NCBI RefSeq assembly: GCF_006345805.1
Contig: NW_021832577.1
Location: 1-59,554, forward strand
DNA: 59,554 bases
Direction of reading: 5' to 3'
Source: Octopus sinensis
Taxonomy: Eukaryota
The position numbers and the translations under genes were made by a program. This document shows positions 10,351-23,905 of the stretch, piece by piece. Positions within the stretch are counted from its first letter, which is position 1. Every line of letters starts with the position of its first letter. The notes beneath the pieces are model-generated. The model was given only the letters and a program-made list of their open reading frames with translations. It was not told where the DNA came from and made no database searches.

Positions 10351-12379
10351 AAATATGCGCATGAGAAATTCTTACTTGTCCTGGATGTTCAGAAGATTTG
10401 CAAATAAAGAAAATGTTGTTGTAATTTCAAAAGTCTGCGGACATCCGCCGCAAAATATTTGGAAGTATCTGCACCATTACCAGTAGTAGATTTTCATCAG
10501 CTTGTGCTTGGAATGATCTTCATCTTGAAAGCATTTACAAAGATATGGCTAGGAAGGAACCTTGTTACTTTGGCGACCATCGATAAATGTAGCATGGAAA
10601 TCGCATCTACACAGTTAAGTGTGTATATCAACAAGATTATTCCTTTGTGATCACAAACAGGATCTGCAAACTTACAAATAGAGGCTGAGCAATTGGAAGA
10701 ATACACCTCTAGAAGTTATAAGAGCATCGCGAACCTTTCATTCATCGCTGCATCACCAAATATGCATGTCGTCGATCATGGAGATAGGAAAGGGCAGAGT
10801 TAACCACAGCGGGATTTGAACACAGAATGCAAATATCTGGGACTGACTGCAGAAGTAACTTCTTCGGTCACTCTACCGAGCCATCATTTACACATCCCCA
10901 TAAAAAAATGTTTTCTATTACTTCCTTTAATAATGATTTCCAACATCAATTATTTATGATAATAACATTACTATTTGCATTATAAGCCATTATGGGGTTA
11001 TGTGCCATCACTGTGATATTATCAATCTCGACTTGGATTATAAGAACCAAATACATCTGCATGATTATTAAACACATCAATAGCATAACCAGATTGTATC
11101 AAAAACTGACATGAAAGAGTTCACTTATAAACGATACACATTTGTCGGAACTTAGATCCAAGCAAAATAAATAGAACGTTACTTATCAGATTCCATTCCT
11201 TTTTATTTATTCATTTATATTTTCATTTTTTTAGCCATATTAACATCGGCATGTCATCCCAAAAGACTGGATTCTAGGTTTATAACTCATACTGCATCCA
11301 TACAAATAAACACCTGTTAATTACATTCGCGTCATTGCTTTAGATTCCAGAGTAAAAACGTTACGTTTAATACCTGGGTATCATTCATCTTATATCGATC
11401 AGAATTGTTACCAATGTATTACATAGTCGCTGTGCAAATATGGATAAGAGATAGCAGGATCGATAAGGCATTAAAAATAATAAGTTAAGGGATACGTGTT
11501 AAAACCTATTGAACGCGATTCATGATGTTAGAGGACAGATGCATTAACACAAATCTTATTTAAACTAAAGGAATAAAATCTCTAACAGTAGCGGTACACA
11601 CTCACATACACACATACATAGAAACAATGCAATAAATTATTGATTCGCCGTTGGAAACATATTGGAGTTCAAATTTCCAATGAAACTGGAAATACAGAGA
11701 ATTGAAAAATTAAAATAGATTTTTGGTTCCGTAAAACACTTTTTTTTTTTTGGTTTAATGTAACAGGTTTGTAATTCTGGACGTTTCGCTAATATTCACA
11801 TTGTACTTAATATATCACTGGAAATCCAATAAAAAATTTGGTTACCGATATCGAATTCTTATATTCTTCGCTTATGACATTACATCATTTCTTCTTCCTT
11901 TTGTCCTTATGGTATTTTCTGTTCTATATTCTGTATATGTAAAGGGCTCTCTTCGACTCTTTACATATATATTTGATAAAGTTTATAGTTTATATTAAGC
12001 ATTACTACTATTGCCGAGTGGATTAGAATGAAATAAAAACCGTGAAACAACTCTGACGATATGGTAGCAGTCGGAAGGAAAAAATAAAATCGTTGTGAGG
12101 TTGAGGAGGAATGATACAACATCACTATACAGATGGCAGAAAAGAAATGAACTTCTAAATCAGTAACTAAGTGTCCGAATGGCTTGTTGCCCTATTGATT
12201 AATATGAGTTATTGAGTTCTGGGTAGATATGGAACATGGCCACATTGTAAACCAATTATTCTGCAGAGGAGATCCTTCATCTAAAGGAAGTTAAGCATTG
12301 AGTACAAAAGAAGTGGCAAATGTCAACGGGGTCTTGTGTGGGGAGCAGTGGATGTTTACGAATATCAACCAATATTAAT

Positions 12380-12822
12380 AATGTGTGGTAAGAAGCTTGT
12401 TTCGCAACCACATGTTTCCGGTTTGGGTTTAGTCCCGCTGCGTGGCACCTTGGACAAGTGTGTTCTACTTCGGGAAACCAAATTTTTGTGAATGGATTTA
12501 GTAGACGGAAACTGAAAGAAGCCCGTTGTATATATATATGTATGTATGTATGTATTTGTGTGTGTGCTTGTATCTGTTTGTTCTCCACCATCGACTGAAA
12601 ACCGATGTTGGTGTGTTTACGTCCTCTAATCTTAGGTGTTCGGCAGAGGAGAGACCGATAGAGTAAGCACCAGGCTTACAAAGATTTGTCGTTTTTTTTC
12701 TTCTTTTTAACGTAACAGGTTAGTAATTCTGGACGTTTTGCTGGACGTTTTGTTCGACTAAAAAGCGATGATCCAGCATGGCCACAGTCAAATGACTGAA
12801 ACAAGTAAAATAGTAAAAGAGT
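12380..12822 (+). mobile_element. OR-type SINE with a short foreign insertion near 12690-12745
   Basis: Same head, CORE-like block, internal microsatellite and tail as the 5916 copy. Confidence 0.88.
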
Positions 12823-13840
12823 ATTTAAACTAGGTATAATATTTGTATTGCAACCAAGCTCTAGATTAAAATATGAGCGAAATATTTGGATCTTTTTATC
12901 AGCGAGTAGACATATGGCTGATTTTCCAACATTGAGTAAAAGTCACTTTCGTTTCATTAAAATAATCTTCTTTTATGTATTTATGTTTTTCTGTTGCCAT
13001 ACATGCAGAGAACACGTTTGTAATATTCAGCAAGAGGATGCGCTGAGCCAGCAAAGAGTGAGATCTAAAGCAGCAGAGCATCACATATGGAACAGAAAAT
13101 AGAAAACTGAATTAAATTCAGAAAGTTTCTGAGGAAGAAAAGTATATTTAAAGCGATACATATTAAAATGATAACAGACTTACAAAAGAAATTTCTTAAG
13201 GCAAATGTATTTCTCACCGTTAAGAGAGTAAGTATTAATAATATTTTATGATATATAATCTCAATAATTTTTAGAGAAAGCAAACGGAGAAACAACAGAG
13301 ATGGCAAATTTGTAGAATAAATCTTTCATAAAAAACATATTTTCAACAGTTTGTTCTATTTAATCTTATTCCACGTAGGTTTCTTTGCTTCATTAATAAT
13401 TCTCTGTCCGTCTGTCTGCTCGTCTGTGCGTCGATCTGTCTCTTTCACTGTCTCATATTTAGTACGAACCTCTTTATTAATTCATATCAGATTAAATATA
13501 TGCGTAGGTGTTTGTGTGTGTATTTAAACAATCATATCTACACACACACGCAAGCACACCAACACACTCACATATGTCATTCTGTTCACTCACACATCTT
13601 GTGCAAGAAATGTGTGGATGGAAATTTCATAGAAGCTCATAGGTTATACCGAACCTGTAATTCAATATGGGCAGCGTTGTCACACACTGTGTGGAACTGA
13701 TTCAGTCAGAGAATTACGTTAGAAGCACCAGTGTCACTGAAAAGTTCTGTCAGTTATTCGTTAAATTGCCAGCGAATAATTTAGTTCATGAAACAATGGA
13801 ATTATTATCATTAAACGACGAAGAAATGCCTACACACACG

Positions 13841-13916
<76 letters not shown>

Positions 13917-13954
13917 TGTGTGGGTGTGAAGTATATTTGCCACTTATACGTGGC

Positions 13955-14150
13955 TAACCACTAAGGCTGGATGCTACTGTAGCTTGTAACACCAGGAGAA
14001 CATCTTCTCCAGCTGGCTCCTGACACTTTCTGTGCCCTATCGGTATTCGTAAAGAGAAGCCGTCCTTCCCATCGTCGACCTGATGTGATACGCACGGACC
14101 CGAGTTTCTGGGTATTTACCCGTCGTCAGCGCACGACAATCACCGGTCCC
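13955..14150 (+). repeat. Interspersed repeat, unclassified (diverged second copy ~50345-50545)
   Basis: Shared blocks tccagctggct, gtgatac(g/a)cacggac, agtttctg(g/a)gt and ttacccgtc(g/c)tcagc at both loci. Confidence 0.7.
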
Positions 14151-15729
14151 AATGCAAAAACATATATCTTTTTTCCAGTGACGAAATATATATATAGATA
14201 TTTCTGTGTGTGTGTGTGTGTGTCTGCGTGTGAGTTAAGGCATGGCTAAATGTAAAACTGGGCTTCTGCACAAACGCATCGGCCGACCAATGGTTTGAGT
14301 GAATTTACCAGATAGAAGCTGTGCTGAAGCGCGTGCGAATTCGCTCTTCAGAGACGCGTACGTCCCACGATCCGATGACGTAATTCATGGACCAATGTTT
14401 TTCACACATGTTGTTTAAGCTGAGGATTTTTTTCTGAGATAACTTCCCCAGTGAATGTTCTTCACACGTTCGCGTACATCACATATCATACGTCCATGTA
14501 TATTATATATCAATCTTCATATATATATATATGTATATATATAACACAGACGCACAGCTGACCATATCCTGAATAGAAACTAGTTATTCAATTCGACAGA
14601 CTTCTTTTGAAAAGAATTCCTTCGACTTGAACCCTTGAACCCCACCACAAAACCCATAGACAAACCATATACAAGAAGTGACTCTAAAGTAAAATTTCAC
14701 TATGCACTAAAACATGGGTACAAGCTGTTAAACCCCAATTTTTTTTCTATTTGACTACCTAAAAAATTCAAAGATGGATACATCGAAACCGGTTATATTC
14801 TAAATCACTCACTGTAACCAAAATGTTAAACATTCTCTATAATATACTTTTGTAACTTTTCCAAATTTATTTACTTTTCTAACAAAACTATTTCATTTGT
14901 ATAGACTATTAACCCCTTTTCAAATAAATGTTTATATACAATTCAACGCTGCTTCAATTAAATCGAGGTTGACCAAGCCTTATGAACGCCGGCAAATTTA
15001 CTATTTGCTGTCCTTATCTGTCAGAACTGTCGTTTCGTCTGGACTGAGAAAGACGAATTCTGTGTTCATCACTGATGACGCGTAACAACCCGAAATTCGA
15101 CTATCTAATGGCGTCATCCATAGCTCTATTATGTTTCACATATAATGTCTGTTAGAAGAAGTTTCCTAAAACACTTCTTCCGGAATGAAAGATTGTTTCA
15201 TTGCGAATCTACATGGACGTGTTAAATATCATTGCACATGGATATAGTTTATTCAACACTGCTTCGTGCAACTCTAATATTATGTTATATTACATCATAT
15301 TATATTATATTGCAGTATTAAGCTATACATTACGTGCTGCTCGAGATGTATATCCCTTTAAAAGTATCATATTACTAGAGTATAGTGATGAAATAGATTT
15401 CAAAAATAGTATCGCCATATTATGTTACGTATACGATGCTTATTGATATTAATTTACTGACAAAAAGAATCAAAAAATAAAGGAAAGAAATATGAGAATT
15501 TATTTATCAAGCATGTGAATTTATTTATCGCATCATTGCGTGGAATAAATAAATAAATATTTGCTGTTTATTTCCTTTTTATTAGCAATGATGAAGTACA
15601 TAATAATGGTTTATAAAGTATCATAGTGTTACTAATGAACCGAGACAGCAATAGGACGATCTCTCTATGATGAAAAATTTGCACTTAGGAAAATAAATTT
15701 GGGGAGTAAAGAGCATATATGCATAATAT

Positions 15730-16145
15730 AGTCGTGACTGCGTGGTAAGAAGCGTCCTTCCCAAGCACATGATTCCAGAATAAATCCCACCGTGAAGCAC
15801 CTTGGGCCGATCAAAGCGTTGTGAAGATTTCGTTGTGGAAAAAACTGAAAGAAGCCAGTCCATTATATTTAGACGCAAGCGTGGCTGTGTGGTATGTTGC
15901 TTGCTTCCCAAAGACATGGTACCGAGTTCATTCCCACGGCGTGGCACTTTGGGGCCGTCTTTTATATATATATATATATATATGCAGGTATATGTGTGTG
16001 CGTCTTTGTGTCTATTTGTTCCCTCACCACCGCTTCACAACCGATGTTGGTGTATTTACGTCTTCGTAACTTAGCGGTTCGGCAACAGACTAGTAGAATA
16101 AATACTAGGCTTAAAAGTTAAGTAGTTTGATTGATTTATTCGACT
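15730..16145 (+). mobile_element. OR-type SINE with duplicated head
   Basis: Two heads (15735 gactgcgtggtaagaagc; 15879 gcgtggctgtgtggtatgttg), then the microsatellite and the tail ttagcggttcggcaac. Confidence 0.8.
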
Positions 16146-16853
16146 AACATTTTTCAAGGCGTTACATAGAATAACTCTCTATAGAAAGATAGACTACAGT
16201 ATAGGCTATATGATGTATAGATGGCTTATATTACAGTAATGGCTTTCCATAGCAAAGTTTCAATCGTGATAGTATAATCTTCGATTAACTGAGACTATCC
16301 CTACACTCAGAACTCAAAAATTTCCCCTAAGAGTCATTGAAACCCTTTGAAAAGTCAGCAAGTGCAATATTCCCGGTAATGCCGTTGTGTGTGTGTAGGT
16401 GTGTGAGTGAGATTTAAGACGACGCAGGTAAAATTGGAAACGCTGTACTCTCTCACCTGATCTAAAACAGGAGTTTTGGAGATTTATTTAGATACAACAC
16501 TGTATTAAGTGAAAGAAACTCTACTCTTTCCTCCGCTCGATCTCGCTAGAAGCAGTCAGATATTTATTCCTACTCTAAGGCAGAATGCACAAGTCACATA
16601 TATGGCGAGCGGAATTCTCTTTTACCTCTGTAACTGTACACTCCTGTAAACACCCACACACACACACACATACAATATATATAATATATATATTATATAT
16701 ATATATATACTAAAGATGGGGAAAGTCCATTTTATAGGATTTTTCATAATTGGTGTGCTTAAACCGAGCTTCCCTATTGTTTATATATATAGCTCTACAT
16801 CTTAGAGTGTCTGTCTTCTTTCAGATTTACTTGTTTTCAAACTATATATATAC

Positions 16854-16912
<59 letters not shown>

Positions 16913-17714
16913 GTGTGTGTGTGTGTGTGTGTGGTGTGTGTGTGTGTGTGTGTGTGTCTTTCAGTCAGTGTTTGTCCTTTATATCACTTAACAACCAGCA
17001 TTGGTTTGGTTGCATTCCCATAACTGAGCAGCTCGGCAAAACAACAGATATAGACATGGTAACTACCATACAAAATCAAGCAACAAAAACAAAATACATA
17101 TGTTGCTCCTGCTTGGCCGCATTACAATGATTAAAGTAAATAAAACATAAAAGATAAATAGAGCGTCTACTTAGAATTTTTTTTTTTTGCTTTAGCTCAC
17201 CGTTACACCCTCTTCATTTGTACGAAAGTGAAGAAAATAACATGAGGGCGATTTGGGTACTACTTCTTGCAAATCGTAAGATTACATTGATACTCCATTG
17301 TTGACTCATATCATTCGCTGTTTCATTCCTAATAACTACGTAGAAGAGGGAGAAAGCTGTATCGCTGTTGGCAATCATAATGGAACCTAGGCATGGAGTA
17401 GTTGTGTCTGGAGAGGGTGGAGAGAGAAGCAGGACGGCATAATTACAAACTCAGACCATCTGTCACGTTGTTTCATTAATATTAGATTTACCTTATCTTA
17501 TCTAACTTGAAATAAATTTAAATGGAACCCAACAAGAAACGTTGTAACGAATGCATTTATTTACATTGCTGTTCACTGGAAATGAGATGGAGAACGACAA
17601 AACGAGGGGAGTCGCTTCTTCCCATTTGGATGCGAGAGAGGGAGAGAAAGAAGGAGCGAGACAGTCAGTGACAGACACAGAGAAAGAGAGGGAGAGAGAG
17701 AGACAGACAGAAAC

Positions 17715-17745
<31 letters not shown>

Positions 17746-17835
17746 AAGAATGGAAATGACATAACTGGAGACATGACTTCATATATTGTTTACGTGTGTG
17801 TGTGTAAGTGTATGTGTGTGTGTATATATACATAC

Positions 17836-17871
<36 letters not shown>

Positions 17872-18605
17872 TATATGTGTGTATGTATGTATATGTATAA
17901 GAATATGCATATATATATGTATGTATGTATACATGTAAGTATATATGTATGTATGCATGTATGTATATATGTATGTATGTATGTATATATGTATGTATGC
18001 ATATATGTATGTACGTGTGCATGTATGCATGCATGCAGGTATGTATGCATGTATGTATGTACTTATGTATGTATGTATATATATGTATATATGCATATTA
18101 ATATATATTTGTTTACGTTTTCATTTGGTTCTTTTTGTCGTTGGACAGCTGCCATATTGTGCACCCGTCCCGAAGTATTCTTTTGTCAAATAAAACTACC
18201 TCAGTACCTCACCGATAAATACATTATATATATGCATAAATACATAATTTATACATATATATATATATATATTATGGGGATGTACTTGCATAGCAGGTGA
18301 CCTGATCTGAGATTGTGTGCTGGAACGAAATCAGTTGCAGCGTCGAAAATATTTATAAGGTAGTTAAGAAACACACATAAACCGCTAGATTCGATTCACT
18401 TCAACAGTTAAATTTGATTTGCCAAAATATTTTCGGTCCTTTCAGACCGCGAACTCTTCATTGACAACATTCCGTGCTGCATCTGAGAAAGTAGCATTTA
18501 TATATATATATATACTCACACATGTATATTATATATATATCATAAACATGTGTATATATCACACATATATATATACATGTATGTGTGTATGTATATATAT
18601 ACATG

Positions 18606-18643
<38 letters not shown>

Positions 18644-19216
18644 ATATATATATATAATATACGCGCATGACAGACGGGCACGTAAGCATACACATATTTG
18701 ATGCAATCATTTATTGAGACCCGAGAATGTCGTAAATCGCCATGGTTATCTTTTCAATTGATACTTTCATCATTCTCGACATTATCATCATTCTCATCAC
18801 ACCAAATGCATATATTTTGCCGATCTGATAGACATGCATTCATTAGCAATCCATGATGCAGTTTGTCTTGTTGAGCAAAAGAAAGCATTCTCTGTTGGCC
18901 TCAGAGCTTCGCCTTCATATTTACAAACGTACATACATACATACATACATACATATATACATACCCATATAAATATATATATATATATGTATTTATGTAT
19001 GTATGTATGTATGTATGTATATGTAAAAAATGCAAACTGGGACAAGAACGCAAAACATTTAGAAGACGATACAAAAAGCCTTCAATCTTCAGTCAAGAAC
19101 CGGAACATCATCGCAATTTCGGCTATATATATATTTATATGTATGTATGTATGTATGTAAGTGTATATGCATGTATGTAATACACATATGTGTGTGTGTG
19201 TATATATGTGCGTATA

Positions 19217-19260
<44 letters not shown>

Positions 19261-20110
19261 CATATATATGTGTGTATGTGTTTTGTGAGTAATTTTTAAG
19301 TGGACACGTTGACATTTTACTAAGTTAGTGCAAAAATGTGATATAGAGATACAGAAAGAATTGTCGTATAAATGACAGAAAGAAAGAAAGAGAGGCAGAG
19401 AGAGGAATAAACGGAGAGAGAATGAAAGAAAGTGAGAAGGGAGAAGTGGTAGAAATGTGTTGAATAACATTTAGAATATTTTATGGAATCTTCATAATTG
19501 ATGTTAAAGAAGTCTATACCCGTGTTCTATATCGTACAATAATATTGTATATACAGTAATATCAACAAAGAGGATATTGGTGTTCAAATGTCTGTCGACA
19601 TGACAAGCAAATCAACATGTCTAATGTCTAACATATTCTTATATGGAACTGTCATAATATTATCGCATCAAATAGCAGTGTTGTTGTTGTCTTTCCTTGC
19701 CATTTCTTTAATCTTTATTCATGTTTGCTTTATTCGTTTCAATAGATCTATGTTTAATGTATGAGAAGTAAATACAAATTTTGTCACGGACTGCCAGCCT
19801 ATAATGATTTACCTGCAATTAACTTCCTTTTATCCTGAGATGATAAAACGTGAAAAAAGAAAGAAAAAACAAACATGACAAAACGTTTTAAAAACGTTCA
19901 GTTGCGTTGCACTTAAGAACTCTTCATTACGTTTAGCAACCACAAGACTTTGTAGAATAATCATGAAGTGGATTTATTTGTTATTGATGTTGGTAAACCT
20001 CAGATAAGCTCCAGATCAACCTACTTAACATCAAAAATTCACAGAATATCGTCTTATCGTAATTTTCCAGAGTCCTACATATTAAGGACTATATTGTCAA
20101 GTTTCAAGTC

Positions 20111-20310
20111 GGCATGTGGCTTAGTGGTTAGCGCATTCGGCTCATGATCGTAAGGTCGGGAGTTCGATCCCCGGCGACGCGTTGTGTCACTAAGCAAGGC
20201 ACTTTATTTCCCGACCCCAGTGCGTAACTGGTACTTATTAAATGGACCCCGAAAGGATGAAAGGCAAAGTCGACCTCGACGGAATTTGAACTCTGCCAGC
20301 TCGCCGCCTT
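20111..20310. mobile_element. tRNA-SINE head (+, 20111-20210) abutting an OK-type SINE fragment (-, 20211-20310)
   Basis: gtggcttagtggttagcgcattcggct...gggagttcgatccccggc, followed by the reverse complement of the OK body and head (ctctgccagctcgccgcctt). Confidence 0.85.
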
Positions 20311-20334
20311 ATTTCTCTAATATATTGATCATAT

Positions 20335-20567
20335 TCTGATGAAGTTGTTAGTTGTCGAAGCACTGCATCCTTCAAAACTTCCATGCTTCCTGAGATTCGC
20401 CAACACTACACCTGAATTTCTCCCCTCCATACACACGCAAGCATGTATCTGACTCGTACACTGTTCCTTTTTCCAGACATTTGTACATTACTGTATATGC
20501 TTTATACGCACTTTTGACAAGTGGTGGTGCACCTGAGCACTGTATACAATAATTTCATTATTATATT
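20335..20567 (+). mobile_element. CR1/L2-like LINE 3' end remnant
   Basis: 20338-20415 translates to DEVVSCRSTASFKTSMLPEIRQHYT*, resembling the LPxEVVxxxSxxxFK C-terminal motif of CR1-group ORF2. A short UTR follows, ending in ttcattattat. Confidence 0.6.
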
Positions 20568-21104
20568 ACAACTAGCACTTTAGCATTAATTAATTTAGTG
20601 ACACCGGAAGTATGGAAAGATACACATTGCTATGATGGGATCCGAACTCAAAACGCATCACGAAACATTACAGCGAATATTTTTCTCATTGCTCCACATA
20701 ATCATCCACCCAACACACTAATAACCACCCGTATCGATTACTTAATGTAGACAAAAGATCAAAAACGACATAGACGATAGTATCGACTACAATACTAGAC
20801 TAGTACTTTATTTCATTGATCATGGAAGTTTGAAAGGAGAATTTGACCTCAGCAGGATCCGAATTCAGAAGTCAAAAGGCAGTAAGTGAACGGCACAAAG
20901 CATTTTGTTCGATGCGTCGATGATCTTGCCCCTCCACACACCAGACTCTATAATTTTTAGTCTAACATTAAATGATAACGAGCTTCGCAAACTTAGTTAT
21001 TGATATAACATCAATGGTTGACGAACTGTAAGCACCAATAAAACAACAATCTAATAAATTTACTTTCATATGTGTGTGCTTGAATGCATGTGGAATGTGT
21101 GTGC

Positions 21105-21145
<41 letters not shown>

Positions 21146-21341
21146 AGTAAGTGCGTGTGTGTGTGTGTGTAAACCTACGTAGTAAACACAAAAATATGGC
21201 AGGCTTAACTATTTCTTCGGAGGCCGGAGAGACAACGAACAGCCTTACTTGACTGTCAACGCTTGATGAGGTCTCAACTGACGGATCCCAGAGAAATAAG
21301 CATCAAATAAGTATCGAACCTACAAACACAGTAGCTTTACG

Positions 21342-21408
<67 letters not shown>

Positions 21409-21425
21409 GTCTATATATATATATG

Positions 21426-21466
<41 letters not shown>

Positions 21467-21490
21467 ATATCCCTGCACGGAAACAATATC

Positions 21491-21560
<70 letters not shown>

Positions 21561-21597
21561 CGTCGTAACATTACAAGAGAATCAAAGTGCATTCACC

Positions 21598-22588
21598 AGG
21601 ACTAATGCAGATTCGCACCTCTCCTTCAAAAATGCACTTTTTTGCCAAAATTTTTTTTCGGATTCCAAAGTTTTAGGTGTTGGAGATTAAGAATATGCAA
21701 ATTTCCCCCCCCCCGCCTCCCACCCTCCGAATTAAAATTTTTGATTTTGTTTACTTTAAAGAGATCGAAGAAAATTGACGAACATATGCAAATCAAAATT
21801 AAATACTGACAAAAACATTAAAGGGAAAAGAATTTGCGTTTTACGTGTGCTTGCCTTAAATAATCGTAAATAATAATTTAATGTAAATTAAATATACACC
21901 ATTTTATGAGAAACAAACATTAATGTTTAACAATTAATGTTATAAAGTTTAATAAGGGGCTCAAATTTCACCCCTCCCCAGATTTTAAACTTTGAACTTT
22001 TTCATCCATTTATTTATTTATCTGTCTATCTATTTATCCCTGTCCATTTATTCATAAAATATATTTGTCAATTGAATGAGGCGGTCGTGTAGAAGACGGT
22101 GTTACTGTTGTTTTTAACACAAGGAAGACATTCACATCTATCTATCTCTTTATACACATATCTATATGCTTATATAAGGCGGCGAGCTGGCAGAAACGTT
22201 AGCACGCCGTGTGAAATGCTCAGCGGTATTTCGTTCGCCGCTACGTTCTGAGTTCAAATTCCGCCGAGGTCGACTTTGCCTTTCATCCTTTCAGGGTCGA
22301 TTAAATAAGTACCAGTTACGCACTGGGGTCGATATAATCGACTTAATCCGTATGTCTGTCCGTGTTTGTCCTCTCTGCGTTTATCCCTTGTGGGTAGTAA
22401 AGAAATATATCTATATACTTATTGAATTCTACCATTTCGGAATCGCCGTCATATGAAACATAGGGAAAAAAATTTCGAAAACGTGCAAAATTTTTCAATT
22501 GCATATTCATAAACTCCGACATCTAAAATGTAGGAATCCGAACTTTAAATGCATTTTCAAGGAGATTGTGCGAAACTGCATTATCCCT
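21598..22588. mobile_element. ~1 kb MITE / non-autonomous DNA transposon
   Basis: Imperfect ~110 bp terminal inverted repeats (aggactaatgcagattcgcac... vs ...gtgcgaaactgcattatccct). Candidate 8 bp TSD cattcacc (21590-21597) / cattcatc (22589-22596). Confidence 0.75.
22177..22406 (+). mobile_element. OK-type SINE monomer nested in the MITE
   Basis: Full head to the gtagtaaagaaat tail; TSD atatctatat(g/a)cttat at 22158-22173 / 22407-22422. Confidence 0.93.
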
Positions 22589-22705
22589 CATTCATCTTTG
22601 CCGGGTTAAGTGCTCAAGAATAAGTGTTATGGAAATTAATATAGCTTCAGGCATGGCATTGTCGCAAGGAGTTTGCTTCCCAGCTACGTAGTTCCGAGTT
22701 CTGTC

Positions 22706-23215
22706 TGGGGGACGCGGCTGAAAGGCATGAAGACAGATTCTTTCCTCTTTGGTGGAGATCTCATTGAATTCTTCATGAAAAGTTTCATTTGGAAAGGAAA
22801 TTAGCGGTGGAAGGGGAAGTGCTGTCCTCGAGTGGGTTTATTGAAAGGTGAACTGAAAGGTGAATCAAAGGGGTGGATGGTACCATTCTATGTGTAGGCT
22901 TGTTAGTCGGAGAAAGGGAACTGGAGAGGGCACTTGTTCTTGATGTTCAGGGAGATCTGGGTCAGCGGGGTTCCTCAATTATCCCTAAAGTTCATCATGC
23001 ATGGGGAGAACAACATCTCTCTCACAACCACCTTTTTAAAACCTTTTTTTATCCTATGCATCATTCCTTTCCTTTATAGTGTATACCATATAAACTTACT
23101 CCATATTTTATCTATTAATTTTTTATTTTATCTTTTCATTATATGTAAACCACCGCACTTTGTTTTGTATTGTCCCCCTCATCCTGCGCCCTGGTGGTAA
23201 ATAAATGAAATTACT
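22706..23215 (+). mobile_element. L1/Tx1-like LINE 3' end remnant
   Basis: Broken frame WGTRLKGMKTDSFLFGGDLIEFF / KFHLERKLAVEGEVLSSSGFIER* ... VDGTILCV resembles the C-terminus of Tx1/L1 ORF2. A pyrimidine-rich UTR follows, then aataaa at ~23200 and an (ATT)n tail. Confidence 0.6.
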
Positions 23216-23219
23216 CTTA

Positions 23220-23267
23220 GTATCATCATCATTATCATTATCATCATCATTATTATTATCATTATTA

Positions 23268-23303
<36 letters not shown>

Positions 23304-23386
23304 TATTATTATTATTATTACTATTACTATTACTATTATTATTATTATTATCATTATTATTATCATTATTACTATTACTATTACTA

Positions 23387-23417
<31 letters not shown>

Positions 23418-23426
23418 TACTATTAC

Positions 23427-23464
<38 letters not shown>

Positions 23465-23726
23465 TATTATTACTATTACTATTACTATTATTATTATTAT
23501 TATTATTATTATCATTATTACTATTACTATTACTATATTATTATTATTATTATTATTATTATACTATTACTATATTATTATTATTATTATTATTATTATC
23601 ATTATTACTATTACTATTACTATTATTATTATTATTATTACTATTACTATTATTATTATTATTATTATTATCATTATTACTATTACTATTACTATTATTA
23701 TTATTATTTATTACTATTACTATTAC

Positions 23727-23762
<36 letters not shown>

Positions 23763-23825
23763 TACTATTACTATTATTATTATTAGTATTACTATTACTA
23801 TTACTATTATTATTATTATTATTAC

Positions 23826-23863
<38 letters not shown>

Positions 23864-23905
23864 TATTATTATCGTCGTCGTCGTCGTCGTTGTTGTTATT
23901 GCTAT
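23220..23905. repeat. Long (ATT/ACT/ATC)n trinucleotide microsatellite ending in (GTC/GTT)n
   Basis: Read directly from the sequence. Confidence 0.97.

Noticed and set aside
15066-15095. tcatcactgatga palindrome with downstream gaaa; possible C/D-box spacing on the minus strand
   Set aside because: Stem II does not pair; there is no terminal stem or recognisable rRNA guide for a snoRNA.
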